A stretch of 64,000 nt of DNA from Candidatus Marinacidobacterales bacterium (GTDB lineage Bacteria > Acidobacteriota > Vicinamibacteria > Marinacidobacterales > SMYC01), in NCBI GenBank assembly GCA_965224085.1, contig CBDCYI010000004.1, positions 1,824,001-1,888,000 of the forward strand, given 5' to 3'. Positions 10,073 to 21,451 of this stretch are shown piece after piece. Numbering within the stretch: position 1 is the stretch's first letter; each line of letters opens with the position of its first letter. The translations under genes and the position numbers were made by a program. The notes under the pieces are model-generated. The model was not told where the DNA came from, did not search any database, and saw only the letters and a program-made list of their open reading frames with translations.

Positions 10073-11159
10073 TGCCTTGGTGCACAACTCCGATAGAGGC
10101 CGAGAGCTCGCTTGGCCCCGACTCCCATCATCCGATCATCTCGCTATCAGGCATCCCGAGCGCCGTCATGGTGTTGAGAATCTTGCACCCGATCCTTGCC
10201 TCGACTCTCTGTGCCGCCAACCCTCTCGCTCGCATCGCTGAGCCCACGATAGCCTTGTAGCGATGGAACGTTGTCTCGACTTTGCTCCGTTTGCTGTAGC
10301 CCGATTCTGTGTGCCACTTTCGTTTGCCGAGCCGAGCTTGTGCTGCAATGTTGCGAATTGCGCTGTCGGCTGCTCGCCGGCCCCATGCGAGCAGGGCGCC
10401 CTTGCGCGGCGGTATCAGCACCCTCGGCGAGCGATGAGCGCTGTGATTCTCGATTGCCTCATAGACGCCGCTGGCGTCGTATGCGGTGTCAGCTCTGGCC
10501 GATGAGATGGGACTGTCGCTCTGTCCGACAAGCGATGCAACCCGCGATGAATCGCGGGCTCTTTTGCTCGTCAGCTCGCCGGCGACGACTTCGCCAGTCT
10601 GCTCGTCGACACACAGATGGAGCTTGCGATAGTCCCTGCTATTTGGTGCTCTGCGCAGCTGGCCGGCGTGGACAGCGAGACCGCTGCTGTCGATCAAGAT
10701 GTGCAACGGCGTCTTCTGCTTGTCTTGGTAGAAGGTGACCTTACCCAGCTTCGCCTTGCGCCTCGAGATCGTGGTGTGATCGGGCACATCATTGTCTAGC
10801 TTCATCAGAGCGAACAACGATCGCAGCAATCCCTCGCTCTGTCTAGATGACAGATGAAACACCATGCCCAGGGTGACAGCCGTCTCGATGGCGTGGTTCG
10901 AGTACTTGCGTTGACGGCCCGGTTTCCTCCTCCTCGGCCGGGGCGCGTCCCAGTTCACAAGCTTGCCGGCGGTGAGCGAGATCCAGACGGTCAGGCTCCC
11001 ACGGTTGCGTAGACCCGCCTCATATTCACGCCAATTCCTCACGCGATAGGCCTTCTTCACATACTTCCGCTGAGTGCGTTTGAAAATGCTCATGGGGAAC
11101 CTCGAATCCGTGAGTAAAGGACAATTGTGGACCGAGATCGCGAGTTGTGCACCAAGGCA
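10073..11159 (-). mobile_element. IS5-family (IS903 group) element, copy A
   Basis: Perfect 18-bp TIRs TGCCTTGGTGCACAACTC (10073-10090 / 11142-11159); near-identical to 31251-32337. Confidence 0.95.
10128..11093 (-). CDS. IS5-family transposase
   Basis: YRVRNWREYEAGLRNRGSLTVW, PDHTTISRR, IDSSGL, RKLHL, ADTAYD, RSKVETTFHRYK. Confidence 0.93.
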   Translation of the reverse strand: MSIFKRTQRKYVKKAYRVRNWREYEAGLRNRGSLTVWISLTAGKLVNWDAPRPRRRKPGRQRKYSNHAIETAVTLGMVFHLSSRQSEGLLRSLFALMKLDNDVPDHTTISRRKAKLGKVTFYQDKQKTPLHILIDSSGLAVHAGQLRRAPNSRDYRKLHLCVDEQTGEVVAGELTSKRARDSSRVASLVGQSDSPISSARADTAYDASGVYEAIENHSAHRSPRVLIPPRKGALLAWGRRAADSAIRNIAAQARLGKRKWHTESGYSKRSKVETTFHRYKAIVGSAMRARGLAAQRVEARIGCKILNTMTALGMPDSEMIG

Positions 11160-11434
11160 TCGCGGAGGCAGGAAGTTGCTACGGATGCCGAAGCTGGACG
11201 TTGGAAACGGTAGCACTTGGCCACAGAGTTCTCTTGATTAGAGACATAAACCATCGGGAGCGGCATTGCATTAGCTCGCGGACACGGGACCGCTTTACGC
11301 GTGCGGCCGACGCCGCGCGCGGTCACGCAGCCGTCGGCTTCACTCTGTCGACACCGGTGCGTTCGTCCTGTTGGGTAGGCAGGACGAGCGTTGCCTCGTT
11401 TCCGGTGTCGCTGCTCAGATAGAGCTTCGACGGG

Positions 11435-11639
11435 CCACCAAAGGCGGGCGTTTTGACCGGAAGGAGATCCAGCAGAATCGTACGGTTCTGCGTCGAGTTG
11501 AGCGACACGAGCTCGCCGCGGCGCTTTTATCCGCAAAGTGATGTAACGCGATGAGGTTCGTCGTCTTGCCGCCTGCCGCCGGGCCGTAATAGAGTATCTT
11601 CGTCCGAATGTAGCGTTCACGACGGTTGATGTCTACCAT
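11435..11639 (-). pseudogene. MglA-like small GTPase, N-terminal fragment (frameshifted, truncated)
   Basis: MVDINRRERYIRTKILYYGPAAGGKTTNL then ELVSLNSTQNRTILLDLLP, matching the MglA P-loop/switch I pattern. Confidence 0.75.
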
Positions 11640-11693
11640 GGCTCCTCTTATCGTATCGGCCGCCGTCCATACTTCGTTAGTCCTTCCGCGAGG

Positions 11694-13118
11694 TCACGAC
11701 AGCCAGATCAAGACGTAGGCTGTGGCGAGGGCGATGTGCACGATCGCGAAAGGCAGGGCGAGGGTTACGAACTTGAGGAAGGAGACCTCGAGTCCGTGCT
11801 TGTGCATGATGGTGACCGCCACGAGGGTCGAGGCCGAGCCGATCGGAGTGAGGTTCCCGCCCAGGTTTGCCCCGAAGATGACCGACCACCAGAGAGGTGA
11901 GTCCGCGGGCGTTTGAAAGCTCCCCGAAGTAAGGATCTTGGCGAGCATCGCCGATAGCGGGATGTTGTCTGTCACGCTGCTGGCCACGGCAGCCACGAGA
12001 AGTAGAAGCCCGCCACCGACCCTTTCCCCCATCCCGATGATGGGCGCAAATCCTCGCCCGATGAGCTCCAGAACGAGCGCCTCTTCCATGACGTAGATGG
12101 TCACAAAGAGAAAGGCGAAAAAGAGAATCAGATCCCAATCGACCGCGCTATAGAAAGTATGCGGTTCAGACTTGTAGCGAAGGAGCATCACCATCGCAAA
12201 GCTCATGGCCACGAAGCCCATGCCCAGTTTCCCAATGGCCCAGCTATCGAAGGAGGCCCCGGCGATGAAGGCGATGAAGAGCACGAGCATGACCGCCCCG
12301 AACCAGAAGAATCCCATGCTCTCGATGCCGTCGTTCTCGTCGAAGGTAGCGACGCGCTCTGCTGCTTCCGCTTTCTCTTCCGAAGCGAGCCGTTCGATCC
12401 CGAATCGCCTGGAGCCGAGCCAGATGGTGATGACGGTGACCACGAGCACGTAGGGGCTGGATTTGACAAAGAAATCAACGAAACCGATGCCGGCCGTCGT
12501 ACCGACGATGATGTTGGGAACGGAAGAGATCAGAGTGAGCAGTCCTCCTACGTTCGTCAGAAGACCCTCGATGAGCAAGAAGCCCAAGAGCTTGTCGTCT
12601 CGCCCGAGCTTCTCCAACGACACGGCGGTGAGAGAGCCGATGATGATCATCGCCGTGACGTTGTTCAGTACTGCGGAGAAGACGGTGGTCATCGCTCCGT
12701 AGAAGACGAGCAGCAGCAGGGGATCCCCTTTGGAAAGCTTGGTCAGCTTGATGGCGATCCAGGTGAAGAGCCCGGACTTGCTGGTGACGTCGACGAAGAT
12801 GCTGGCCCCGAGAATGATGGTAACGACGCCCCAGTCGATGGAAGGAATGAAGACCGGGAGCTTGATGTGATGACCATCGGCGAGCGTCACCTCACCGAAG
12901 GGCAGAAGCTCCATGAACGCGCCGAGCGTGAGACAGACGATGGCGAAAAAGCCGGCAATCACTGATTTTTTTGCGTGTAGTTTCTCTTCCAACGCAAGGC
13001 AAAGAATCAAACCGACGAGAATGGCAGCAAAAAGAAGCGTTACCGAGGGTGGTACTTCTTTTGGATGCGGCGCGGTGACGCCGGATTGGACAGCGGCAAA
13101 TGTAGCTTCGGGCAGCAT
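11694..13118 (-). CDS. ArsB/NhaD/SLC13-family ion transporter permease
   Basis: Highly hydrophobic; SAVLNNVTA, NVGGLLTLISSVPNII, SSVTDNIP, GANLGGNLTPIGSAST; likely start ATG 13118. Confidence 0.88.
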   Translation of the reverse strand: MLPEATFAAVQSGVTAPHPKEVPPSVTLLFAAILVGLILCLALEEKLHAKKSVIAGFFAIVCLTLGAFMELLPFGEVTLADGHHIKLPVFIPSIDWGVVTIILGASIFVDVTSKSGLFTWIAIKLTKLSKGDPLLLLVFYGAMTTVFSAVLNNVTAMIIIGSLTAVSLEKLGRDDKLLGFLLIEGLLTNVGGLLTLISSVPNIIVGTTAGIGFVDFFVKSSPYVLVVTVITIWLGSRRFGIERLASEEKAEAAERVATFDENDGIESMGFFWFGAVMLVLFIAFIAGASFDSWAIGKLGMGFVAMSFAMVMLLRYKSEPHTFYSAVDWDLILFFAFLFVTIYVMEEALVLELIGRGFAPIIGMGERVGGGLLLLVAAVASSVTDNIPLSAMLAKILTSGSFQTPADSPLWWSVIFGANLGGNLTPIGSASTLVAVTIMHKHGLEVSFLKFVTLALPFAIVHIALATAYVLIWLS

Positions 13119-13132
13119 GGTGAAGTGTTGCC

Positions 13133-14000
13133 TCAGATCATGAGCAAAGGAATCTGGCGAAGCTCGACGGCAAGGGGGAAAGCAAGGCCGTGCATCGCGA
13201 GCTGGTCTTCGTCCTTCGTGTTCAGCACCAGAAGCTGGACCGACTGGTCCTCGACGAGCTGCTTGTACTCGGTCAGACGGTGACCGGTTCGAACCTCGGA
13301 ATGAACCCGAAGGTCCAAGCCTTCTCCCTTCAGCTCCCGCGTGCAGCTTTCGATATAGTCGCGAGGCTCTTTGAGCAGTTGTTTGATGATCTGCTCCCGA
13401 GCGTTTTCTGTATCGATAGAAGGAATCTTCGAGATCGCCTCGATGTAGCGTTCGAAGGTAACGTCGTCCTCGATATGCGTGAGAAAGAGATCGCCGCTCT
13501 CCTCGGTGAAGCGGGCCGCGTAGCTGACCAAGCGACTGTCTCCGACAAGATGGTCGGTCACCGCCATGACCACTTCCGTGTGCTGCATCGACGCGTCGAA
13601 GGACGCATCGTCGCGCGGGTGCGGAATGACCATGACGGGGCAGCTCGTCCCTTGAGTGAGGACGTCGAGCCGAGGCCCGAGGCTGTAGGGCCAACGCCAG
13701 GCCGCGCTATGCAAGTTCCGGTACGTCACGAGCAGTTCCGGCTTCTCCTGCTCGACGAGTCCGAGAAGCTGCTCGACCGTCTTCGACTGGCTGCGGTCGA
13801 GCACCATCCACTGGGGGCCGTCTCCGAGAACGTGCAAGAAAGCACGAACCCTCGCGGCGAGCGTCTTGGCCTCTTCCGCGTCGAGGTCGGTAACGACGGC
13901 AATCTTCTCGAAGGACAGCTGTTGACGTTTGAAGCTGAGCTTCGCCGCCGATTTGAAGACGCTTTCGAATTGGTCGACTTTGATCAAAGCGATCTCGATA
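13133..14000 (-). CDS. Hypothetical protein with two universal-stress-protein-like domains (start uncertain)
   Basis: ORF 13133..14119; each half ends in a USP-like strand (CPVMVIP / IPLLMI); 14 bp from the permease start. Confidence 0.6.
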
Positions 14001-14418
14001 CCGACAAGAATCGATGCGATCTTGGCGGGAGACAACTCTACCGCCGGACCGGTCTGACCGCAACCACAGCGAGCCGTTCGATCCGTGACACTACAAGACA
14101 TGCGAGCGTTGAGGCTCATGGGAGTAAGCGGCCACGATCACAAGCTGCACCGGCAATTTCCAATGCCATTGAAAGGACCGTCCCGGCATTGAGAAGAAGT
14201 TGCCCTTTCTCGTTGATGACCGGGCGGGTGAACCCGCAGGCCCGGCTCCGCCTCTTCGATGAGTGGGTTCCCACAATCCTATGACCTAGCAGCCCAGTGC
14301 ATGGACGTGCCCGGCCGCAATTCACTCAAAACCCCAATCGGCTGGCACCAGCCCAAACTTTAGGGTGGCTTTGCGGAACGCCGCAACGAAGAATCAGGAA
14401 ACCGAGGCCAGCAGCTTG

Positions 14419-16110
14419 CTAATGCACGATCTGGCGGTTCACGATGGCGAGTATCTCTTGTTCGAGAGAGATGGCTTTCGTCTCAATCTCCTTGCCTTTT
14501 TTGAGCATGTCATCCACGAACTTCTTGTCCGCGAGTCCCGCCGCGTTGGTCTTGATGTTGAGATACGCTGCCGCCACGGCTGTGCGGGCGCAGAGCGCGC
14601 CGACGCCGGCATCGGAGGCTGAGCTCGGGTTGCCGTTCTCCGCCATCGCCTTGATCACTTCCATAGAATCGTAGGAGCTCTGCATCACCCTGAACGGAAC
14701 GTCCATCGCGTATCTTGTCGCCTCCTGCATGGCGCGTTTTTTTTCGGCCTTCTGCGCTTGCGTGTCTCTCGGCATGGAGAAGACGTCCATAACCTTGTTG
14801 AAGGCTCGGGTGTCTTCGTCCACAAGGGCTAGTAGCTCGTCGTGAAAGCGTTTGCCTTTCTCCGCCCAGCTCGAGAACTCTTCCCATCGATCGTCCCAGC
14901 CCCGCTTGTGAGCTGAGAGGTTCGCCACCATCGTCGCGAGCGCCGCGCCCAAGGCGCCAACCGCGGCGGAGATGGAACCACCTCCTGGAGCGGGCGATTC
15001 ACTGGCCGTCTCGTGGGTGAAGTCTGCGACCGTCAAGTCGATCAATCGCCTTTCTGAGCGATCGGCCATGGCGTATTCGATGATCTTCTCGTCCGGTTTG
15101 AACGGATAGAGATCGCTCAATCCGAGCGACTTGACGGCGATCTTGATGAGCTCCTCGTCCGAGACGCCGGTCGAGCGCTGCTGCTTTCTGAGAAAGAAGC
15201 GGCCCGCATCGAACATCGCCTGCAGTGGGATGAGGCCGACGAGCTCGCTGCCGGTTACCCGGACACCTCTCAGCCGCGCCTTCTCGCAGACTTCGTCGAA
15301 GGCCACGTGAACCGGAGTCACGCCGAGATGGGTGAGGTTCATCGAGATCTGCGCAATTCCGTACTCCTTGATGAACCAGCCGATGGCCTTGACACTTTTC
15401 AGGGACCCTGGATTCCAAACGTCCTCGCCCTTCTCGTCCTTGACGATGGGACCCGTTAGCGGGTTCCCCTCGCGTTTCTTGCGCCCCTTCTCGCGCACGT
15501 CGAAGGCGATGGCGTTGGCGCGCCGGGTGGACGTGGTGTTCAAGTTGACGTTATAGGCAATGAGAAAGGCCCGCGCTCCGACGGCCGTGGCCCCCGACCT
15601 CGGGTTGAATGTTGCGGGACCGAAATCCGGCTTCCAATCCGGACTCGCGAGCCTGTCCTCGAGCCCCTCGTACTCACCTTCACGCACGAGAGCCAGGTTT
15701 CTTCGCTGTTCTGTTCGCGCCGCGTGCTCATAGCAATAGATCGTGAGACCCACTTCCTCTCCCAGCCGTCTAGCGAGCTCGTGGGCCTGCAGCACCGTCT
15801 CTTCCATTGTGATGTTCGCCACCGGGATCAAGGGACAGACGTCGATAGCGCCGAAGCGAGGATGCTCACCGTGATGCAGGCTCATGTCGATGAGCTCGGC
15901 GGCCTTTCTTGCCGCGCGGACCGCTGCTGTGATCACCTCCCGCGGCGCCCCCACGAAGGTGACGACCGTTCTGTTCGTCGCCTTTCCCGGATCGACATCA
16001 AGAAGCTTCACGCCCTCTACGCCCTCAATCTCCGACGTGATTTGTTTGATGACGGACAAGTCGTTCCCTTCGCTGAAATTGGGAACGCATTCGATGAGTG
16101 GTTGTGTCAT
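14419..16110 (-). CDS. ftcD: Glutamate formimidoyltransferase-cyclodeaminase
   Basis: LIECVPNFSEG, TNRTVVT, HGEHPRFGAIDVCP, GSELVGLIP, PAPGGGS, GNPSSASDAGV. Confidence 0.95.
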   Translation of the reverse strand: MTQPLIECVPNFSEGNDLSVIKQITSEIEGVEGVKLLDVDPGKATNRTVVTFVGAPREVITAAVRAARKAAELIDMSLHHGEHPRFGAIDVCPLIPVANITMEETVLQAHELARRLGEEVGLTIYCYEHAARTEQRRNLALVREGEYEGLEDRLASPDWKPDFGPATFNPRSGATAVGARAFLIAYNVNLNTTSTRRANAIAFDVREKGRKKREGNPLTGPIVKDEKGEDVWNPGSLKSVKAIGWFIKEYGIAQISMNLTHLGVTPVHVAFDEVCEKARLRGVRVTGSELVGLIPLQAMFDAGRFFLRKQQRSTGVSDEELIKIAVKSLGLSDLYPFKPDEKIIEYAMADRSERRLIDLTVADFTHETASESPAPGGGSISAAVGALGAALATMVANLSAHKRGWDDRWEEFSSWAEKGKRFHDELLALVDEDTRAFNKVMDVFSMPRDTQAQKAEKKRAMQEATRYAMDVPFRVMQSSYDSMEVIKAMAENGNPSSASDAGVGALCARTAVAAAYLNIKTNAAGLADKKFVDDMLKKGKEIETKAISLEQEILAIVNRQIVH

Positions 16111-16509
16111 TGCGGTCCTATCCTTGCTAGCCTGACAGGAGGTTGAAGACACGAAAGGCGTAGGCCTCGCAGATGCTGATGGATCAGCAGAGCGCCGGCG
16201 ACGTTCCACGAGCGGTTGAATTCGACCGATGCCGTCATACGTTCCTTGAGAAAACGCCGGCCATGGATCCGGTAGGATAGCACGCTAGGTGCTAGTCCCC
16301 TGTATCAGTAGGGCGAGCTCGACAAGGCGGGAAAGCCCTCGAGGAGCTCGAGCGAGAGATGGAAAAGCTTTTACATGCAGCTCCATGTCGGCCGTGCGAT
16401 CACCAATTTCTATCGCGCGGAGCACGATCCGCTGTCGAACGAAATATTGGTGGCGGGGGGCTATGACATCAAAACGGTACCGCCACCCTTCCCCAAGAAC
16501 CCGGCGCGG

Positions 16510-16958
16510 GCATCAGTATCAATGAATCCAAATTTGGCTCGGACGCAACGATTCGCTTCGACGTGAGCGCATAAGCACTTCGCGCCGAAACCGGAAGCGG
16601 GAGCGTCGTTGTCGAGGAAACCGCTGGCGATGTCGAAGTCGAAACAGGTTCCGGCCCCGTCCGCGTGCACGGCATTCGCGGAGCTTTGGAGGTCAGCACC
16701 GGAAGCGGGGGCATCGAAGCCGAGGGCGATCTCGCAGCCGATTGGCGGTTAAACGCTTCCTCCGGCGGCATCCGCGTACGCATCCCTACCGACGCTCAAT
16801 TCGAGCTGCATGCGCGCACGCGCTCCGGTAACATCGACTCCGATCATCCCGTCGAAGTCGTGGGCAAGTTGAGCCGTAAAGAAATGAATGGGACGGTTCG
16901 CGGCGGCGGTCATCGACTCGATTTGAAGACCTCTTCGGGGAGCATCCGCATCCGCTGA
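16510..16958 (+). pseudogene. DUF4097/adhesin-type beta-strand-repeat protein, C-terminal fragment
   Basis: Repeated (T/S)GSGxI motifs: VSTGSGGIEA, NASSGGIRV, TRSGNID, KTSSGSIRIR. Confidence 0.75.
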
Positions 16959-17006
16959 TCGCTGCTTGAAGCACTCGAGGAAAGTGTGCGCTAGAATCGC
17001 TCTGCT

Positions 17007-17960
17007 ATGCCACGAACCTTTCTAGCCATCACGCTAAGCGCCGCTTTCTCGGCCGGGGCTCTCTCTGAGACCCTCTTGATCGCCGACAAATCCTCGGACG
17101 CTCTACTGTATTTCGACACGGCGTCGCTCGAAGTCACGCGCACCGTGCCCGTCGGCGGAAACCCGCACGAAGTTGTCGTCACGCGCGGGGGCCGCTACGC
17201 GATCACTTCCAACTCTCGTAGCAACACCATCTCGATCGTCGACCTCGCAAAAGGTGAGGAGGTTGACCGGCTCGCATCGCCTCGATTCCATTATCCGCAC
17301 GGGATGGCCTTGCATCCAAATGGGCTGTGGCTCTATCTGACCAACGAACAGACTGAGCGTATTTTCACGATCGATTTGGAAGAGCGTCGGATCGTCGACG
17401 AGGTCTCGACCGGGATGGGCGGCTCGCACATGGTCGTTCTCACCGCGGACGGCGCGCGCGCCTACATTGCGAATCGCGAGGCCGGCACCGTGAGTCTGTG
17501 GAAGACGGCGAGCCCAAAATCCATCGTCCACGCCGAGGCCGGAACCGGAGCAGAAGGCATCGCGCTCTCGCACGACGAACGCTGGCTGCTCGTCGCGAAT
17601 CGCAACGATAACGACTTGCATTTATTCGATGCATCGGATCTGAGCCTCCAGGCCAAGATCGCGCTCGGCGAGGGCCCCGTGCGCGTGGCCGTAGCACCCG
17701 ACGATCGGCACGCGTTCGTCACTCATCGCGCTTCGGCCCAGGTTTACGTCATCGACCTCTCCGCTCGCAAAGTGACCGCCAAGATCGCGGTGGGCGAAGG
17801 ACCCGGAGGCATGGCTTTCGACGTCGCCGGCACCCGGCTTTTCGTCGCGAACACGAGCGCGGGGACGGTATCGGTGCTCGACCTCGAGACCTTAAATGTC
17901 CTCTCGACCCACGATGCGGGCAAGGGTCCCGACGGCTTGTGGGTCACCGCCCTTCGCTAA
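17007..17960 (+). CDS. Secreted YVTN/YncE-family beta-propeller protein
   Basis: Signal peptide; repeated VGxxPxxVAV / YxxN..xxTVSVID blades. Confidence 0.88.
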   Translation: MPRTFLAITLSAAFSAGALSETLLIADKSSDALLYFDTASLEVTRTVPVGGNPHEVVVTRGGRYAITSNSRSNTISIVDLAKGEEVDRLASPRFHYPHGMALHPNGLWLYLTNEQTERIFTIDLEERRIVDEVSTGMGGSHMVVLTADGARAYIANREAGTVSLWKTASPKSIVHAEAGTGAEGIALSHDERWLLVANRNDNDLHLFDASDLSLQAKIALGEGPVRVAVAPDDRHAFVTHRASAQVYVIDLSARKVTAKIAVGEGPGGMAFDVAGTRLFVANTSAGTVSVLDLETLNVLSTHDAGKGPDGLWVTALR

Positions 17961-20235
17961 CCAACTTGCCGTCGATATAGACCCATCTCGGCACAACCCG
18001 ATAGTCGAACGGGTGTCCTTCGAAGACGAGGAGATCGGCATCTTTGCCGACGTCGAGGCTCCCGAGACGCGCATCCATGCCCATCATCTCGGCCGCGTTC
18101 AGCGTGAACATCTTCAGCGCTTCCTCCTCGGAGACGCCGTGGCGAAACGCCCAAGCCGCGTTGAGCGCCGGCTCGCCGCCGAGCCGCCCCGTCGGCATCC
18201 CGCGCCGCGAGCCGCTCGGCCCGTAGAAAGAGACGGTAACACCCGCCTGCGAGAGGATAGCGGGAGCCTGGACGTCGTAGCCCTCTCCGCCGCCGCGGAT
18301 GGCTTCGAGCCGCGACGCGGTGTCGCCAAGGATGACGCCCACGCTGGCGCGCGCAAGCTCGGGCGCAAGACGGTGGGCTTGGACGGCCCCGCTGACGATG
18401 AGACGCAATCCGAACTCGTCCGCGAGCCGTATCGCCTTTCGGATCTCGGCTTCCGTGCGGGCGTGAAAGATTGCGGGCACCTCACGCCGTAGAGCGGGCC
18501 CGAGCGCTTCGAGCTTGGCATTGAAATCGCCGCGCGGATCTCCCCGCGATCCTCTTCGACCGAGAAGACGAGGGCACTCGGCTCTTTCCGCACCATCGCG
18601 TCGAGATCCATCCCCGCGTTCTTGATCACCACGCCGCTTCCACCCACGAGGTTCCGGTGTCCGGGTGTTACGTTCTGCGTCGTGATACCGATGTCGCGGA
18701 TGACGTCGAAGGACGGAAACCAAGGGTCCACGGCGAAGCGAGCGTTCATCTCGGGTGTTACCCGATCCGTGATCTCATCGTTTTGAAGCTGCCATTTCAA
18801 GTCGCCAATCCAGTCGTTGGGATAGGCGAGTGCCGAAACGAAGCCCGGCAAGACGACGCGGCCGCCAAGGTCGAACGTCGGATGTTCCTCGAGCGGAGTC
18901 GCCTCGGCGCCGACGGCGATAATCTTGCCGTCTTCGACGACGAGCGTGGCGTTTTTGGCAGCGCCTTTGGTCACCGTAAACAAATGCGCGTTCACGAAGC
19001 TGAAGGACGGGCCGGCCGGGACCGCGCCGCGCATTGTCGAGAGGGGCGAGAACGGGCCGACAGCGGTCATGGAGCGGACGGGGCGGCTCGGTCGTTCGTA
19101 CTCGACGACGCCGTCGACGAGGACTCGCTCGATGCGATCGCCCGTCATGTCGAACGGGTGGCCGTCGAGGAGCACAAGGTCCGCGTCCTTGCCGACCGCA
19201 ATGCTTCCAATCCGATCGTCCAGCATCATCGCTTTCGCCCCGTTCAGCGTGAGCGCTTGGAGCGCGTGCTCTTCGCTCAGGCCGTGACGCACGAGAAAAG
19301 CTCCATATTCGCGGAAATCACCGAGCTGCTCGCGCCCTTGATCGGTTTGCACGCTGGTCACGACACCGGCTTCCGCGAGCTCTTGCACGACGTTATGGCT
19401 GCTCTCGTCGCCGTAATACTGCACGATCATCACGGGGCCGACGACCGCGATGACGCCCCTCTTCGCAAGCAGCGCGGCGATGGGAAAGGCTTTCTTCGAC
19501 GTGCGCGAGCGCCACCCGATCGAGAAAGCCGTAGCGTTCGGCAAGATGGAGCACCATCTGGATCTCGCTCGGATAGTGGCTGTGCGCATGGACCATGACG
19601 TCCCCACGGAGCACGGCAGCGAGAGCGTCGAGCCGCGCGTTCCCCGAGGCGTCACGCTCCAAGTAGTCCTTCGCGCGCCGAAAATAGTCGTCCGCGATCG
19701 CATACCAGCCCATCACCGTCGCGGGTGCGTCGTCTGGTCTCAAGTTGATGAGCGGCCGCACCGCCATCTTGAGGTCCACATAAGGTTTCAGCACCGTCGC
19801 CGCGCCCGAGCGGCCGCGAAGCTTCAGCGCAACACCTTGTCCACTCGAGACGATTCCGCTTCCCGGACGCGTGACGAGCGAGGTCAGGCCGCCGGAGAGC
19901 GCCACTTGGAGCATGGAGTGTTCGAGGTCCACGTGATCCACAGCCCGCCACTCCGCCGTGACCGGCCCAGGTGGGTGCTGCGAGCGATCGAGTGCAACGT
20001 GCGTATGCGCGTCGATGAAGCCGGGCACGACGGCGAGCGCTTCGAGCACGCGTGCCGATTCGGGTTCGGAGACATCGTTCCCGACTGCCCGGATCTTGCC
20101 GTCGCGGACGAGGATCTCCCCGTTTCGAATCACGCCGCCCGAGACGGTGTAAATCGTCCCACCACGGATGACCGTTACCTCCTGGGCGAAGCCCGCGGAG
20201 GCGCCCCATAGCATCAACGCAAGTGCGGATCGCAT
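17944..20235 (-). CDS. Secreted tandem two-domain amidohydrolase (frameshifts ~19495 and ~18560)
   Basis: Domain 1 PGFIDAHTH..GSIAVGKDADLV; domain 2 PGFVSALAY..GSLDVGKDADLL; pieces in ORFs 19393, 18114 and 17944. Confidence 0.8.
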
Positions 20236-20236
20236 G

Positions 20237-21286
20237 TCAGTACAGCCTTTCCGTGTCGAGCACGTTCAAGAGAGGCTCGTCGTTCAGAAAGCGGCGCAGG
20301 TTCTCGCAGAACAAGTCCGTGAGACGCTCGTTCTCCCGGTTGCTCGTGCTCGCCGAATGCGGGCTCACGAGAACATTGGGCATCTCCCATAACGGACTTT
20401 CGGGCGGCAGGGGCTCTTTCTCGAACACATCCAGACAGGCGCCGCCGAGATGGCCGGAGTGCAACACCGCCACTAAGGCGGACTCGTCCACCAGGATGCC
20501 CCGACCCAGATTGATGAGGACAGCGCCTTTCGGCAGGAGCTCGAGCTCAGCGCGCCCGAGCAATCTTTCCGTCTCCGGGGTGTGAGGCGTTGTGAGGACG
20601 AGAAACTCCGACCGTGACAACACGTCGCGGAGATTCGCGAGCGTGTGCAGCTCGTCGAGATGAAGCGAAGCCGGCTCGATGTCTTCGATGTGCCGTTTGA
20701 TGCCGAGAACGTGCATCCGCATGGCGCGCGCCATGCGGCCGATCTCGGCGCCGACGGCACCGACGCCGACAATGCCCAAGGTACGTCCGTCGAGATCGGT
20801 GCCCGCGTGACGCTCCCAATGTTTGCGCTCCTGGTCGCGCTTCAGCCGCACGAGCTTCTTGTTGAACATCAACATCGACAGGAGACAGAACTCGGCGAGA
20901 GGCTGTACATGGACACCTCTTGCCGTCGTGAAGATGACCTCTGGCAAACGTTGGTCATAGCCTCGACGTTTCACGAACTGGCCGATGCCGGAGCTCGTCG
21001 CCTGGATCCATCGAAGCTTGGGCACGAGCTCGGGCAAATCTTCTAGATGCGTCGCGTCGAAGTCGAAGAGAATGTCCGCGCTCTCGAGCAAGCTCTGCCA
21101 GCGTCGCTCTTGCTCTTCGGTGCGCTCGAAAGTCTTTCCTTTGTGATCGGCGGGGTATCGAGGGGGTCGCAGCAAGTCTGGCTCGTAGACAACGCGCTGT
21201 CTCGCATCGACATGCCGGATGCGCTCGACGTGCTCCGGCTCCAAGTAGCTCGCGATGAGAATGGTGTAGCAGTCTCGCACCGTCAT
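20237..21286 (-). CDS. D-2-hydroxyacid dehydrogenase
   Basis: GIVGVGAIG-type Rossmann motif (GIVGVGAVG), LINLGRG, LDVFEKEPL, SPHSAS. Confidence 0.92.
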   Translation of the reverse strand: MTVRDCYTILIASYLEPEHVERIRHVDARQRVVYEPDLLRPPRYPADHKGKTFERTEEQERRWQSLLESADILFDFDATHLEDLPELVPKLRWIQATSSGIGQFVKRRGYDQRLPEVIFTTARGVHVQPLAEFCLLSMLMFNKKLVRLKRDQERKHWERHAGTDLDGRTLGIVGVGAVGAEIGRMARAMRMHVLGIKRHIEDIEPASLHLDELHTLANLRDVLSRSEFLVLTTPHTPETERLLGRAELELLPKGAVLINLGRGILVDESALVAVLHSGHLGGACLDVFEKEPLPPESPLWEMPNVLVSPHSASTSNRENERLTDLFCENLRRFLNDEPLLNVLDTERLY

Positions 21287-21353
21287 AGGAGGGCGAGTGT
21301 ACACTTGTCTAGTGCTTAGTGCTCACCCTGCTTGTGTTTCTCGGGCATCGATC

Positions 21354-21451
21354 TCACGAACGGAGCGCGGTCACCGGATCGATGCGGGCGGCGCGGAAAG
21401 CCGGCAACAGCGTGGCGGCGAAAGCCACGAGCACGAGCACCACGGTCGCCC
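21354..21451 (-). pseudogene. C-terminal tail of an FtsX/MacB (ADOP-like) ABC permease
   Basis: VAFAATLLPAFRAARIDPVTALRS-stop, cut by the IS end. Confidence 0.8.

Noticed and set aside
11694-13694. 666-aa version of the permease
   Set aside because: First ~190 aa overlap the upstream gene off-frame; true start about 13118
16111-16260. Riboswitch upstream of ftcD
   Set aside because: No recognisable aptamer consensus or terminator by eye
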